From contig SHWM01000004.1 of assembly GCA_009693835.1 (NCBI GenBank), forward strand, positions 1 to 62,387: a stretch of DNA of 62,387 bases, given 5' to 3'. The DNA comes from Alphaproteobacteria bacterium. GTDB taxonomy: Bacteria; Pseudomonadota; Alphaproteobacteria; UBA11222. Below the pieces are notes generated by a model. The model ran no database searches and was not told the DNA's origin. It saw only the letters and a program-made list of their open reading frames with translations. Below, piece by piece: positions 53,030 through 62,387 of this stretch. Numbering within the stretch: position 1 is the stretch's first letter; each line of letters begins with the position of its first letter. A program made the translations under genes and the position numbers.

Positions 53030-56000
53030 ATGGAGGCACGTGTGTCCGGATTATTGAACTCACCCGCGCGGCGGGTGCTGCAGAATCGCTTGATCATAGG
53101 CGGTTCTGCCATTGCGTTATTCGCCATGATGGCAGGCTCCGCCAGCGCTATTGATTATAGCTTCGGTGAGGTTAGCGGGTCCGTTGATACAGTGGTTACG
53201 GCGGGCGCCTCGATGCGCACCAGCAACCGGGACTGCCGCAATCTTGGCCGCGCCAGTGGCGGCTGCAAGGTGACGGACGCCTCGAATTCTGAGAAAGACG
53301 GCGGCACCAACGTCGATGACGGCAATCTGAATTATGATCAGTGGGACGTGTTCTCCGGCGCCGTCAAGGCCACTTCGGAAGCGGGCGCTGCCTGGCACAA
53401 TTTTAACGCGTTTGTGCGCGGCACCGCATTCTACGATCCGATCATTGACGATGTCCGGTTCAGGGATATGACCAATGCGCAACTGACCGGCCGGGACGGC
53501 GTCGGGCATAACGCCAAGATGCTCGACTATTTTGTGGGCGGCAGTTTTAACGTGGGCGGCATGCCGCTGGAACTGCGCGGCGGCAATCAGGTGATCAGCT
53601 GGGGTGAAAGCACTTTCATCCAGAACGGCATCAACGTGATCAACCCGATCGACGTTGCCGCCGTGCGCAAGCCGGGTTCGGAAGTGAAGGAATTCTTCAA
53701 GCCGATCCTGGCGGCCAAGGCCTCGCTCGGCCTGCCCAACAATTTCAGTGTTGAAGGCTTCTATCAGTTCAAATCCGACAATATCGTGCCGGATGCAGCG
53801 GGCACCTTCTTCAGCGGCGCCGACATTGTCGGGCGCGGTTCGCAGCAAATCCGCGCGGGCGCATTCAATCCTGGCGACGATGTTAATTTTAACCCCGCAG
53901 CGGTTCTGGATGGCCTTAGCGCGAGCAATGTTTTCTGGCAAAGCCGCCTTGCCCTCAATATGCCTTCCGTGATAATCGAACGGGCCAATGACAAGGACGG
54001 CGATAATGGCGGGGAATTTGGTTTCGCCCTGCGTTATTTCAATGAAGAATTGAATAATGGCATGGAGTTCGGCCTGTATTTCATCAACTATCATTCGCGT
54101 CTGCCGCTTGTCACGACCAAGATGACCAATCCGCTTCTGGCCGTCAGCGGCGTCACCGGCACCACCATGACCGCCTATGCGCGTGACGCCTATGGCAAGA
54201 TAAACCCCAGCGGCAGCCGACAGCTCGACTCGCAAACGATCTCGGCGGTTGATCTGGGTCAGTTCAATCGGGCTAATGCGGGCCTTGCCGCCGGGACCTC
54301 GGCGGATACGGGCCTGGGCCTTCCCGCGCCCACCCTGAGTGCCTCCGGACCGGTCTACAGCGCGACCTCAGGCACCGCAGGGGCGAATGTGTTCGAATTG
54401 CAACAGCAATTATGCAACGTGTTCGGCCTGAATGGCGTCACCGCCCAGGCGCAGGGTCTGCAGTCGGCGACTGGCCGTCCCTGGATCGCAGGGGATGACG
54501 CCAGAATTCGCTCCAATACGGATATGCGTCTTCCGGGCGGGTATCAGAACTGTACCAACCTCGCCCGCACGCGCACTCTGTCAGCGGATGGCTCGATTGC
54601 AGCGACACTCGCCAATACCCAGCAATATCGTCTGGAATTTCCGGAAGACATCAAGCTGTTTGGCGCAAGCGTGAGCACAACCCTGGGTTCCATGGCCTTC
54701 CAGGCCGAGGCGACCTACCGCCACGACCAGCCGCTGAGCTATGTTGGCTCCGAAGTGGGGGCGCTGGCCTCCGATCTTGACGGCCGCACGGCCCTGTTCA
54801 CGGGCGCCGATCTGCCCGCGGGCGTGGGTTCAGCCTCCGCTCCTGCGCGTAACTTTGAGCTGACGCCGACACGCGCTGGCGCAACCGGGATCCAGTACTA
54901 TAACCAGGTGGCCGCCCCTACGGCCGCCAGGCGGGCCGGCACCAATCAGATCAGCAGCGCCGAGATGTTTAAACTTGAAGAAAAAATGGCCGGCGTTGCA
55001 GGCTCCTACTCTGCGGTGCCCAATCCCAACTACGGCGACACGGTGCAAATCACGGCAGGCCTGGCGCGTGCCGCGGATCTGGCGCTGGACGGTCTGCTGA
55101 CTGTGGCTGATCTTCCGGTAGTGCTGTTCGATGCGGCCAGTCTGGGCGCGGGCGGCGTGGTGCTGCCGACCAGTACGCTTGCCGGTACGGGCGGCACTCT
55201 GGTGGGCCCGCCTTCCGCCGGGGCGGTAGCCCCGCTCCTCGCTAAGATTGTTGGCACCAACGGCGTCACCGTTGGACCAACCCCTGTCGTTTCCGCTATC
55301 AATCCGGCGGGTTCCGTGGCCTATGTATTTCCGCAGGGCACGGCGGCCGGCCTGGTCGACGTAGCCAACAGGCGGCGAGCTATTGACCTTGATCCAGGCA
55401 GGAATAGTATCTCGTCTTATCTGGTGAACGGCACAGTGGGTGATGGGTTGTATTTACGCCATGTCGACTCGGGCACTGGTGCCGTGGCAACCCCGTCCAC
55501 GCCGCAGAACCGCGCCTCGGTGCTGTCAGCCGAGAATGTCGGCAGGGACGGCTTTGTTAAAACCCCGAAAGAAGACATCTTCACCGCCCAGGCCACGATG
55601 ACTTCGGTGCTGTTCGGTTCCAATCAGGTCGTGCAGTTCGCGGCAGCGGATGGCGGCACGGTGGTGACCGAAGTGGGCATGGTGTGGGCGCCGGGTATCT
55701 CGACCAGTTCCGCTATCTCCGCCAGCGGCAGTGAAGGGCTGTTGAATCCCATCGCCGCCAATACCTATCGTCTGAACCCCGATCTGAAGGGGCCGACCAA
55801 CTGGGCCACTCCATTCTCATGGGGCGCACAGGGCATCTTCAACCTGACCTATAACCGCGTCTTCGGCAGCCCGGTCAACCTGGTGCCGGCGGTTGGCTGG
55901 CGCTGGGATCTGGGTGGACGCACGCCCACGCCGCTTGGCAACTATATGGCCGAACGCAAGGCGATCAGCCTTAGCGTGGCCGCGAACTATCAGTCGCGCT

Positions 56001-56098
56001 GGACAGGTTCTGTCAGCTGGACCGCCCAATTTGGTCCCAACGTGGGTGTACAGAGCGACCGTGACTTTGCCTCGCTCAACGTCGCCTACGCCTTCTAG
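53030..56098 (+). CDS. DUF1302-family outer-membrane protein, unusually long (1022 aa)
   Basis: Signal peptide; DDGNLNY, GNQVISWGESTFIQNGIN, YFINYHSRLP, FPEDIKLFG, terminal DRDFASLNVAYAF. Confidence 0.85.
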   Translation: MEARVSGLLNSPARRVLQNRLIIGGSAIALFAMMAGSASAIDYSFGEVSGSVDTVVTAGASMRTSNRDCRNLGRASGGCKVTDASNSEKDGGTNVDDGNLNYDQWDVFSGAVKATSEAGAAWHNFNAFVRGTAFYDPIIDDVRFRDMTNAQLTGRDGVGHNAKMLDYFVGGSFNVGGMPLELRGGNQVISWGESTFIQNGINVINPIDVAAVRKPGSEVKEFFKPILAAKASLGLPNNFSVEGFYQFKSDNIVPDAAGTFFSGADIVGRGSQQIRAGAFNPGDDVNFNPAAVLDGLSASNVFWQSRLALNMPSVIIERANDKDGDNGGEFGFALRYFNEELNNGMEFGLYFINYHSRLPLVTTKMTNPLLAVSGVTGTTMTAYARDAYGKINPSGSRQLDSQTISAVDLGQFNRANAGLAAGTSADTGLGLPAPTLSASGPVYSATSGTAGANVFELQQQLCNVFGLNGVTAQAQGLQSATGRPWIAGDDARIRSNTDMRLPGGYQNCTNLARTRTLSADGSIAATLANTQQYRLEFPEDIKLFGASVSTTLGSMAFQAEATYRHDQPLSYVGSEVGALASDLDGRTALFTGADLPAGVGSASAPARNFELTPTRAGATGIQYYNQVAAPTAARRAGTNQISSAEMFKLEEKMAGVAGSYSAVPNPNYGDTVQITAGLARAADLALDGLLTVADLPVVLFDAASLGAGGVVLPTSTLAGTGGTLVGPPSAGAVAPLLAKIVGTNGVTVGPTPVVSAINPAGSVAYVFPQGTAAGLVDVANRRRAIDLDPGRNSISSYLVNGTVGDGLYLRHVDSGTGAVATPSTPQNRASVLSAENVGRDGFVKTPKEDIFTAQATMTSVLFGSNQVVQFAAADGGTVVTEVGMVWAPGISTSSAISASGSEGLLNPIAANTYRLNPDLKGPTNWATPFSWGAQGIFNLTYNRVFGSPVNLVPAVGWRWDLGGRTPTPLGNYMAERKAISLSVAANYQSRWTGSVSWTAQFGPNVGVQSDRDFASLNVAYAF

Positions 56099-56116
56099 GA
56101 CTGGCGTCACATCATC

Positions 56117-56151
56117 AAACGCCCGGAATTCAGGTTCCGGGCGTTTTTTTT
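56117..56151 (+). terminator. Rho-independent terminator
   Basis: CGCCCGGAA-TTCAGG-TTCCGGGCG followed by T8. Confidence 0.85.
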
Positions 56152-56270
56152 GCTACTGGCGAAACAAAAATATAATGGCTTACTGGCTGGCGTCCGGCGA
56201 TGACATCGGCTAAAAGTTGGGCCTCAATTTGGCGAGAGCAACGCGCCAGAATTTACAGCGGGGAAATGAT

Positions 56271-57332
56271 ATGCGCATTCTACAGTTAGCTTTTACCTGG
56301 ACCCGAATCCTGCGGGCGGCCCTTGTGCTGTTCTTTGCGGTTGCCGCCCTTTCCGGCACCAGTGTTCAGGCCGCCAGTCGCATGGGGCAAAAGACACCGG
56401 CCAAGGCCATTCCCGAAGAGGCCGTTCATTCCGGCCTGGTCACCGACACCCTTCTCCTTGGTGTGACCAAGGCAGGCACGCGCCTGGTGGGGGTGGGACA
56501 TTGGGGCCATGTCATCCTGTCGGACGATAGCGGCGTTACCTGGCGGCAGGCGCAAAAGGTGCCCACGCGCACGACCCTGACCTCGGTGTATTTCACGGAC
56601 GATAAAAACGGCTGGGCGGTCGGCCACGACACGGTCATTATCCGCACCACGGATGGCGGCGAAACCTGGGCAATGCAATATTCCGATCCTCCGGCGGAAA
56701 CCCCGCTGCTGACGGTATGGTTCGAGAATACCGAGCATGGCATCGCGGCGGGTTCGTTCAGCCTGATGCTGGAAACGCAGGATGGCGGCAAAACCTGGGA
56801 AAGCCGCCCTCTGCTCGAAGAAGAAACCGAAGGCTTTGAGTCGCCGCATCTGAACGCCATTTTCTGGGGTCCGGATAGAAAAAGCCAGGTGATGATCGCG
56901 TCCGAGGCCGGTAATTTTTTCCGTTCGCAGAATGCGGGGAAAACCTGGGAACTGATCAAAATGCCCTATAAAGGTTCATTCTGGGGCGGGTTAGTAACAA
57001 ACACGGGCCGGGTCCTTGCTCTGGGCATGCGGGGGCATATTCTGTACAGCGATAATTTTGGCGATAGCTGGGAAAGTGTGACAACGGGTGCCGATCAGTC
57101 TTTCAGCAACGGCATACAGCTTGCCGATGGTTCGATCGTTGCGGTCGGGCTGGCCGGCACCGTGGCCTACAGCACCAATAATGGCGCGAGCTTCACGACA
57201 GTTATCCGGCCGTCGCGCACGGGGCTTTCCTCGATTGCGGAATCGATGAACGGAGAGGTGGTGCTGCTGGGGGATGTTGGCCTTGAGCGCCAGCCCGCCA
57301 CATTGTCTGCATCGTCGGCCAAGGGCAGCTAG
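56271..57332 (+). CDS. YCF48-like BNR/Asp-box repeat beta-propeller protein, exported
   Basis: Repeated SxDxGxTW boxes, GWAVGHD, PYKGSFWG. Confidence 0.88.
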   Translation: MRILQLAFTWTRILRAALVLFFAVAALSGTSVQAASRMGQKTPAKAIPEEAVHSGLVTDTLLLGVTKAGTRLVGVGHWGHVILSDDSGVTWRQAQKVPTRTTLTSVYFTDDKNGWAVGHDTVIIRTTDGGETWAMQYSDPPAETPLLTVWFENTEHGIAAGSFSLMLETQDGGKTWESRPLLEEETEGFESPHLNAIFWGPDRKSQVMIASEAGNFFRSQNAGKTWELIKMPYKGSFWGGLVTNTGRVLALGMRGHILYSDNFGDSWESVTTGADQSFSNGIQLADGSIVAVGLAGTVAYSTNNGASFTTVIRPSRTGLSSIAESMNGEVVLLGDVGLERQPATLSASSAKGS

Positions 57333-57344
57333 ACTCTTATCCGA

Positions 57345-57410
57345 TCCCCCCATCCCTATCCCCTCTCCACGCGAAGCTACGCCAAGGCGAGTGGGGTTGG
57401 AGTGGGGTGA
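57345..57410. repeat. Degenerate C/G-rich palindromic repeat with a GCTACGCCAAGG unit
   Basis: CCCCCCATCCCTATCCCCTCTCC...GGGGTTGGAGTGGGGTGA between convergent genes. Confidence 0.55.
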
Positions 57411-57449
57411 TAGGCTGACGCTGACGGATGCGATCAGGTTGGATGGCGG

Positions 57450-58097
57450 CTAATCCCGCAACGGGTGGCCCAGAAGAGCCTCGAGTTCGGCAAGCGCGAT
57501 TTCCGGTTCGCCGACCTTGATGGTCTGCATGCCCAGGGCGCGCGCGGGTTTCAGATTGACGCCCAGATCATCCAGATAGATGGCCTCGCGCGGATGGACG
57601 CCCAGCGCGTCACAGGACATCTGATAGATACGCGGATCGGGTTTGCGGATGCCCGCGCGTTTGGACTCGATGATGTGGTGAAACATTTTCATCACGTCGC
57701 GCACGGCGTTGGCGGCGGCGTTGTCCAGCACCATGCCCGGCCCCCGGCCCGCAGGCACATTATTGGTGATGCACCCTACCTTATAGCGTAGCGAACAGCG
57801 CCGCAGCGCCTCCGCCATCATGGGCCTCACTTCGCCCCCCAGCAGACTTATTACGTCCCGCCCGGCGATTTCATGGCCCAGGGCGGCGCTCTCTTCCGCA
57901 AATAAAACATCAAACTGGTCCAGCGTAAGTTCACTGCGTTCAAACTGCGCCCAGGCATTGGTGTCTGGATTACGCGCATTCACGCTGCGGATGAAATCGG
58001 CGGGAATTCCATTGGCCAGTTCATGGCGGTTGAACGCTTCAAACGGGCTGCTGGTCAGCACGCCGCCAAAGTCCCAGATAATCGCCCTGATTGTCAT
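57450..58097 (-). CDS. HAD-IA family hydrolase (epoxide hydrolase N-terminal-like)
   Basis: WDFGGVL, ITNN, RKPDPRIY, YLDDLGVNL. Confidence 0.88.
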   Translation of the reverse strand: MTIRAIIWDFGGVLTSSPFEAFNRHELANGIPADFIRSVNARNPDTNAWAQFERSELTLDQFDVLFAEESAALGHEIAGRDVISLLGGEVRPMMAEALRRCSLRYKVGCITNNVPAGRGPGMVLDNAAANAVRDVMKMFHHIIESKRAGIRKPDPRIYQMSCDALGVHPREAIYLDDLGVNLKPARALGMQTIKVGEPEIALAELEALLGHPLRD

Positions 58098-58172
58098 GCC
58101 ACCCCCATGCAGATAGACTGCTGGCAGGTATAGTATTTATTGTCCGGTCCAGCAAGACCGCAGGGATTTGAT

Positions 58173-58532
58173 ATGGCGCTGTTTTTTGATCAGGAATGGT
58201 TCGACGCGCGGATGCGGGAACGCGGTCTGAATCGGCCTGCCCTGGCGGCGATACTGGGAATCAGCACCGGTGATCTGGACGCCATCTGGAAAGATCAGCG
58301 TGAAATCAGCGCACGCGAGGTCACTATTCTGTCGGAAATACTGGGCGTCACACCCGCGGAAATAGCGTCGCATGGCGGTGTGTCCACTCCCATCCCCGGA
58401 ACCGCTGGCGATCCATCCGCAGTGTTGATGAGGTTCGATCTGATGGAGTCCCGTCTGCAAAGGCTGGAGCGCAGCGTGGCCGAGCTGACAGCTGGGATAA
58501 AATCCCTGCCTGACAGGTCTGGCAGCCGCTAA
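58173..58532 (+). CDS. Putative XRE-like helix-turn-helix protein with C-terminal coiled coil
   Basis: MALFFDQEWFDARM..LAAILG..IWKDQREIS..EIASHGG. Confidence 0.6.
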   Translation: MALFFDQEWFDARMRERGLNRPALAAILGISTGDLDAIWKDQREISAREVTILSEILGVTPAEIASHGGVSTPIPGTAGDPSAVLMRFDLMESRLQRLERSVAELTAGIKSLPDRSGSR

Positions 58533-58819
58533 ACTTTTATACCACCCTGTTGTTGGGCGCGGATCATCATATTTTGCCGATAGGCGAGGGCCACGTCCCG
58601 GAAGCGGCGGGCGGACACGCGCGAGGTGTCGCGTAACAATTGACCGCGGATCTGCAGATCATAGGGCTGATAGCGGCGGGAAGTAGCGGTTCCGGATTTG
58701 CTCGCGGCCGGGGAAGCCTCGACATCGATGCATATCGCATCTTTTTCGCGAAATTTCGGCTCCCGCTCCGCTGTTTTGCGGGCGCCAGCGCCGGATATGG
58801 AAGAAACCGTCAAAGTCAT
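58529..58819 (-). CDS. Hypothetical protein
   Basis: 96-aa ORF convergent on the HTH gene; no recognised motif. Confidence 0.45.
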   Translation of the reverse strand: MTLTVSSISGAGARKTAEREPKFREKDAICIDVEASPAASKSGTATSRRYQPYDLQIRGQLLRDTSRVSARRFRDVALAYRQNMMIRAQQQGGIKV

Positions 58820-58935
58820 CGCGCCGTTTTCAGCAAGGGTTCAAATCATGCCCCTTATGTTAGCTTAAGCAGGCCCCCGATCAAGTACCGGCTATGGTTA
58901 ACGCCATTTAATCAGCCCTCGCTGTGACCGGTGTC

Positions 58936-60509
58936 ATTTAATTTATTTGCTTAACGCCGGGTTGGCCTCGCTGGCCACAGGATAACTCCCAAAATGGTTG
59001 AAGTAGCCAGTGCACAGGCGTCACGGAGAAAAATTGGGAGTTAAGGCTTCGGATGTCCCATTATAACCTCCCTCTTCGTTATTGCTTATTGGGGCTCCTC
59101 CAGCGGCAGCTTTTGTGGCCTCATTTGTTTTTTCCACCGCATCTTCGGCCTTCTTGGTGTCTGCAGGATCATGGGATGTGCCATTCGGTATGGCTTTGGC
59201 GGCGGCCTCTTTTGCCTTATTGGCGTGATCAGCAGTCGAAGTCGCTTTGATTACAGCTTCGTCTGCCCTGGCTTTTTCTGCCGCGGCTTTTGCCGCCGCC
59301 GCTTCGACTGCCATTTTTGCCAAATTGGCGGCCACCGCAGCAGCATCAACCGCAACTTTTGCTTCCTCGGTGGCCTTTTTTTTCTCGTCCGGATCAGCCG
59401 TAGTGATGGCCTTGGCAGTAGCCGCCGCATTTTTCATTGCTGCATCTGCGGTAGAGGCTTTTGCGGCGGCATCGACCAATAATGCCGTGGCGTCATCTTT
59501 CATTTTTGAAGCTGCGTCAGTCGCTTCTCTGTTGGTTTTGTCAGGCTGCTTTTTGATGGAGCTTTTCACGAAGTACTGGACGCTCTGTGGCGAGCATATA
59601 TTATTGTAGGATTCCAGAGCACTTCGCGACGAATAGAAATTATAGTCATCCGGCTTTGCTTCATAGGCCACCTGAAGTTCTCTTTTTGATTTCAGTTTTT
59701 CAGCCAGGACAAGCTGTTCCACCTCGCCTGCATCCGGGGTGAAAATAAAGTTTGATACAGTGGACTCGACCTGATTCTCAAAAAGACCAAATCCTGCGGC
59801 AGTACCTCCGGTAATCGCTCCTCCGGCGCCAGATAAGCCAAGGATGGTTGCAGTTGCAGCTCCTATGTTACTGGATGTGTCGCGTATATAGTTCAAATCC
59901 GGTTGAGCCCGTGACAGTTCCTTGAAAAAATATCTGCACAGATCATCCGACAGAGACATGCCAGCCTGGAGATAAAGATAACTCTGTACGCCGCATGTCG
60001 GCGCTGCTCCGCCATTACTATTCGTCAGACTTAGTGCCGTGCAGTTTGCGGAGGCTCTCAGGGCCTGCTGAAAGTTTGCTTCATCTGGTATGTTTACGAC
60101 TTTTGTATTTGGGGGGAGGCTGGCTTCGCCGCCGTATCCGCTGTTGGTGTGGTTGGCTTCGCCGCCGTGCCTACGCCGCGAAAGTCTTTAATCACGGCCA
60201 GTTCATCATCTCCCTGGACATTTTCATAATCCTGGAGCGCCTTAAGACGCTTTTGCAAACTGCAACCAGGCAGCAAAATAGAACAAGCGACTAAGGTCTG
60301 GAATGGCGTCCTTCCAAGCATATTCCCCTCCGTTTTTTTGTGGCTCACAAAAATTTATCAGAAGAGGACGGCCATATACAAGTAATACTTGTATATGGCG
60401 CGGCAGTACACTTAAAGGTAGTCCGCACGCATTTCCCTATGCTATTGATTGCAGTGGGAAAGCAGCCAATCTCAAAGCAAAAATGTTATTTAATTTATTT
60501 GCTTAACGC
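58936..60509. mobile_element. Integrase-less genomic islet flanked by 22-bp direct repeats at the fbiC 3' end
   Basis: ATTTAATTTATTTGCTTAACGC at 58936-58957 and 60488-60509; interior visibly more AT-rich. Confidence 0.7.
59021..60321 (-). pseudogene. Putative lipoprotein (~433 aa if repaired) with Ala/Lys-rich C-terminal helix; frameshift in G6 at 60111-60116
   Basis: RBS GAGGGG, lipobox LLPG-C. One extra C joins ORF 60094-60348 through PNTKVVNIPDEANF..YLQAG to ORF 59021-59959 with no stop. Confidence 0.7.
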
Positions 60510-62387
60510 GGCGGCGCGCTCATACCGCGCGGCCGGGGTGTTCACGGGTTCCGATAGCGGCGCGGCCTGAAACGAGGCCAGCGTCCGGGCGCGCGCCACG
60601 TCGCCATAAAGGGTGCTGCGCTGGTGCGGCGTACGGACGGCCGCCTTGATCAACGCCTCCATTTCCTGCGGGGGCATTTCCTGGCCATGTTCCGCGCCCG
60701 CCGCGCGGGTGATGGTTTCATTCATTAAAGTGCCGCCCACATCATTCGCCCCGGCCTGCAGGCAGGCGCTGACGCCCTGCGGCCCCATCTTTACCCAACT
60801 GGCCTGAATATTGGTGATGTGCGGGTGCAGCGCCAGGCGCGCCACCGCATGCATCAAAATCGCCTCACGGAAGGTGGGGCCCTTGCGCGCCCGGCCTTTC
60901 AGATAGATCGGCGCTTCCATATGCACGAAGGGCAGCGGCACGAATTCCGTAAAACCGCCCGTGCGGCTTTGCAGTTCGCGCAGCCGCAGCAGATGCCGCG
61001 CCCAGTTGCGCGGCCCGTCCACATGTCCGTACATGATCGTCGAGGTGGTGCGGATGCCCAGCCCATGCGCCGTTTCCATCACCTGCAGCCATTGCGCGGT
61101 ATTGATCTTGTCCGGGCAAAGGATAGCGCGCACTTCGTCGTCCAGCACCTCGGCCGCCGTGCCGGGCAGGGACCCAAGTCCCGCCTCCATCAGACGGCGC
61201 AGAAATTCATCGAGCGGCAGCCCCAGCGTCTCGGCCCCCTGCCACACTTCCAGCGGCGAAAAGGCATGCACATGCATGTCTGGCGCGGCCTGTTTTACGG
61301 CCCGGCAAATATCAATATAGGTCTGCCCCGTATATTCCGGATGAATGCCGCCCTGCATGCATACTTCCGTCGCCCCGCGCGACCAGGCCTCGGAGGTGCG
61401 GCGCATGATTTCATCCAGCCCCAGATCATAGGGGCGGCCGCGCAGATTTTCGCTCAGCTTGCCTTTGGAAAAGGCGCAGAACTGGCATTTGAAATAACAG
61501 ACATTGGTGTAGTTGATGTTGCGGTTGACGACATAGCGCACCACATCGCCGCTGACCTGGGCCCGCAGAGCATTGGCGGCATGGCAGACGGCGGCGAAAT
61601 CATCGCCCCGCGCCTGAAACAGACGCACGACCCCTGCTTCATCAAGTCCCGCTCCGCTGCATGCCTTGTCGATCAGCGAACGGACGCGCGGGCGGGCCTG
61701 GCCGCCCGCTATGCCCCGGCTGCGCGTCAGATCAGCCGCAGGCGGAGACGTGTGGGTTCCGGGTGACCACGGGTCGCTGCGGCCAAAGCCTTCGCTGTCG
61801 TGCGATTGCAGCACCCGTGTATGCAATGCCGTGTCCAGCCAGCGTTGCGGCGCCTGCGCATAGGCGGGATAGATGGTCAGCCGTTGCACAAGATGTTTGC
61901 CCGCAGCCGCGGTTTTCGCGTCGAGATCGTCGAGATGCGGCCATGGCGCTTCTGGGTTGACAAAATCGGGCGTGACCGGCGACACGCCGCCCCAGTCATT
62001 GATGCCGGCGGCGATCAGTTGCGGCAATACGCCGGGGCTCAGATTAGGCGGGGCCTGGATGCTCATTTCCGGCCCGAAGATCAGGCGCGCCACAGCGATC
62101 GTCCAGAGCAGATCGTCCAGATCCGGCTCGGGCGCCTCGGACATGCGCGTATCCGGCTTGGCGCGGAAATTCTGTACGATGATTTCCTGAATATGCCCAT
62201 GCGCGTCATGCAGATCGCGCAAGCTCAGCAGCGCCTCGATCCGCTCCCGTCTGGTTTCGCCGATGCCGATAAGAATGCCGCTGGTGAACGGCACCCGCGC
62301 AATGCCGGCCTGCCGGATACATTCAAGCCGCAGTTCCGGCGCCTTGTCGGGGGATCCATGATGCGCCTGACCCTTGGCCATCAGGCG
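60495..62387 (-). CDS. fbiC: Bifunctional FO synthase (CofG-CofH fusion) for F420 biosynthesis, 5' end outside window
   Basis: CofG C-terminal part (QAPPNL, INDWGGVSP, NPEAPWP) fused to CofH (NRNINYTNVCYFKCQFC, PGTAAE, GGTLMNETI). Confidence 0.92.
   Translation of the reverse strand, partial: RLMAKGQAHHGSPDKAPELRLECIRQAGIARVPFTSGILIGIGETRRERIEALLSLRDLHDAHGHIQEIIVQNFRAKPDTRMSEAPEPDLDDLLWTIAVARLIFGPEMSIQAPPNLSPGVLPQLIAAGINDWGGVSPVTPDFVNPEAPWPHLDDLDAKTAAAGKHLVQRLTIYPAYAQAPQRWLDTALHTRVLQSHDSEGFGRSDPWSPGTHTSPPAADLTRSRGIAGGQARPRVRSLIDKACSGAGLDEAGVVRLFQARGDDFAAVCHAANALRAQVSGDVVRYVVNRNINYTNVCYFKCQFCAFSKGKLSENLRGRPYDLGLDEIMRRTSEAWSRGATEVCMQGGIHPEYTGQTYIDICRAVKQAAPDMHVHAFSPLEVWQGAETLGLPLDEFLRRLMEAGLGSLPGTAAEVLDDEVRAILCPDKINTAQWLQVMETAHGLGIRTTSTIMYGHVDGPRNWARHLLRLRELQSRTGGFTEFVPLPFVHMEAPIYLKGRARKGPTFREAILMHAVARLALHPHITNIQASWVKMGPQGVSACLQAGANDVGGTLMNETITRAAGAEHGQEMPPQEMEALIKAAVRTPHQRSTLYGDVARARTLASFQAAPLSEPVNTPAARYERAAALSK

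Overview
GC-rich alphaproteobacterial chromosome segment, mostly housekeeping: rlmN, hldE-hldD, carD, argE, hprK-rapZ-EIIA-HPr-ahcY-divL, tsaE-amgK-like, serB/miaA, ilvI-ilvH-ilvC, divergent NADP- and NAD-glutamate dehydrogenases, tRNA-Val(GAC), and the 3' part of the F420 FO synthase fbiC. Acyl-CoA/ester catabolic paralogues are interspersed (2 tandem esterases, 3 class III CoA-transferases, a MaoC pair, an acyl-CoA ligase, and an oversized DUF1302 protein with a YCF48-like partner). The main signals the ORF track misses are: (i) a 1.55-kb integrase-less islet bounded by a perfect 22-bp direct repeat that duplicates the fbiC 3' end and carries one frameshifted lipoprotein gene; (ii) a divL pseudokinase split by a single in-frame TAG, preceded by a perfect CtrA box; (iii) a cryptic two-TM gene coupled to an RHH regulator in an AT-rich insert; (iv) four single-base-deletion frameshifts, all in accessory genes; (v) a parE stub cut off at a palindromic repeat; (vi) several, partly nested, families of short palindromic repeats. 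Family calls come from motif recognition only. No searches were run, and assembly error cannot be excluded for the frameshifts or the stop.
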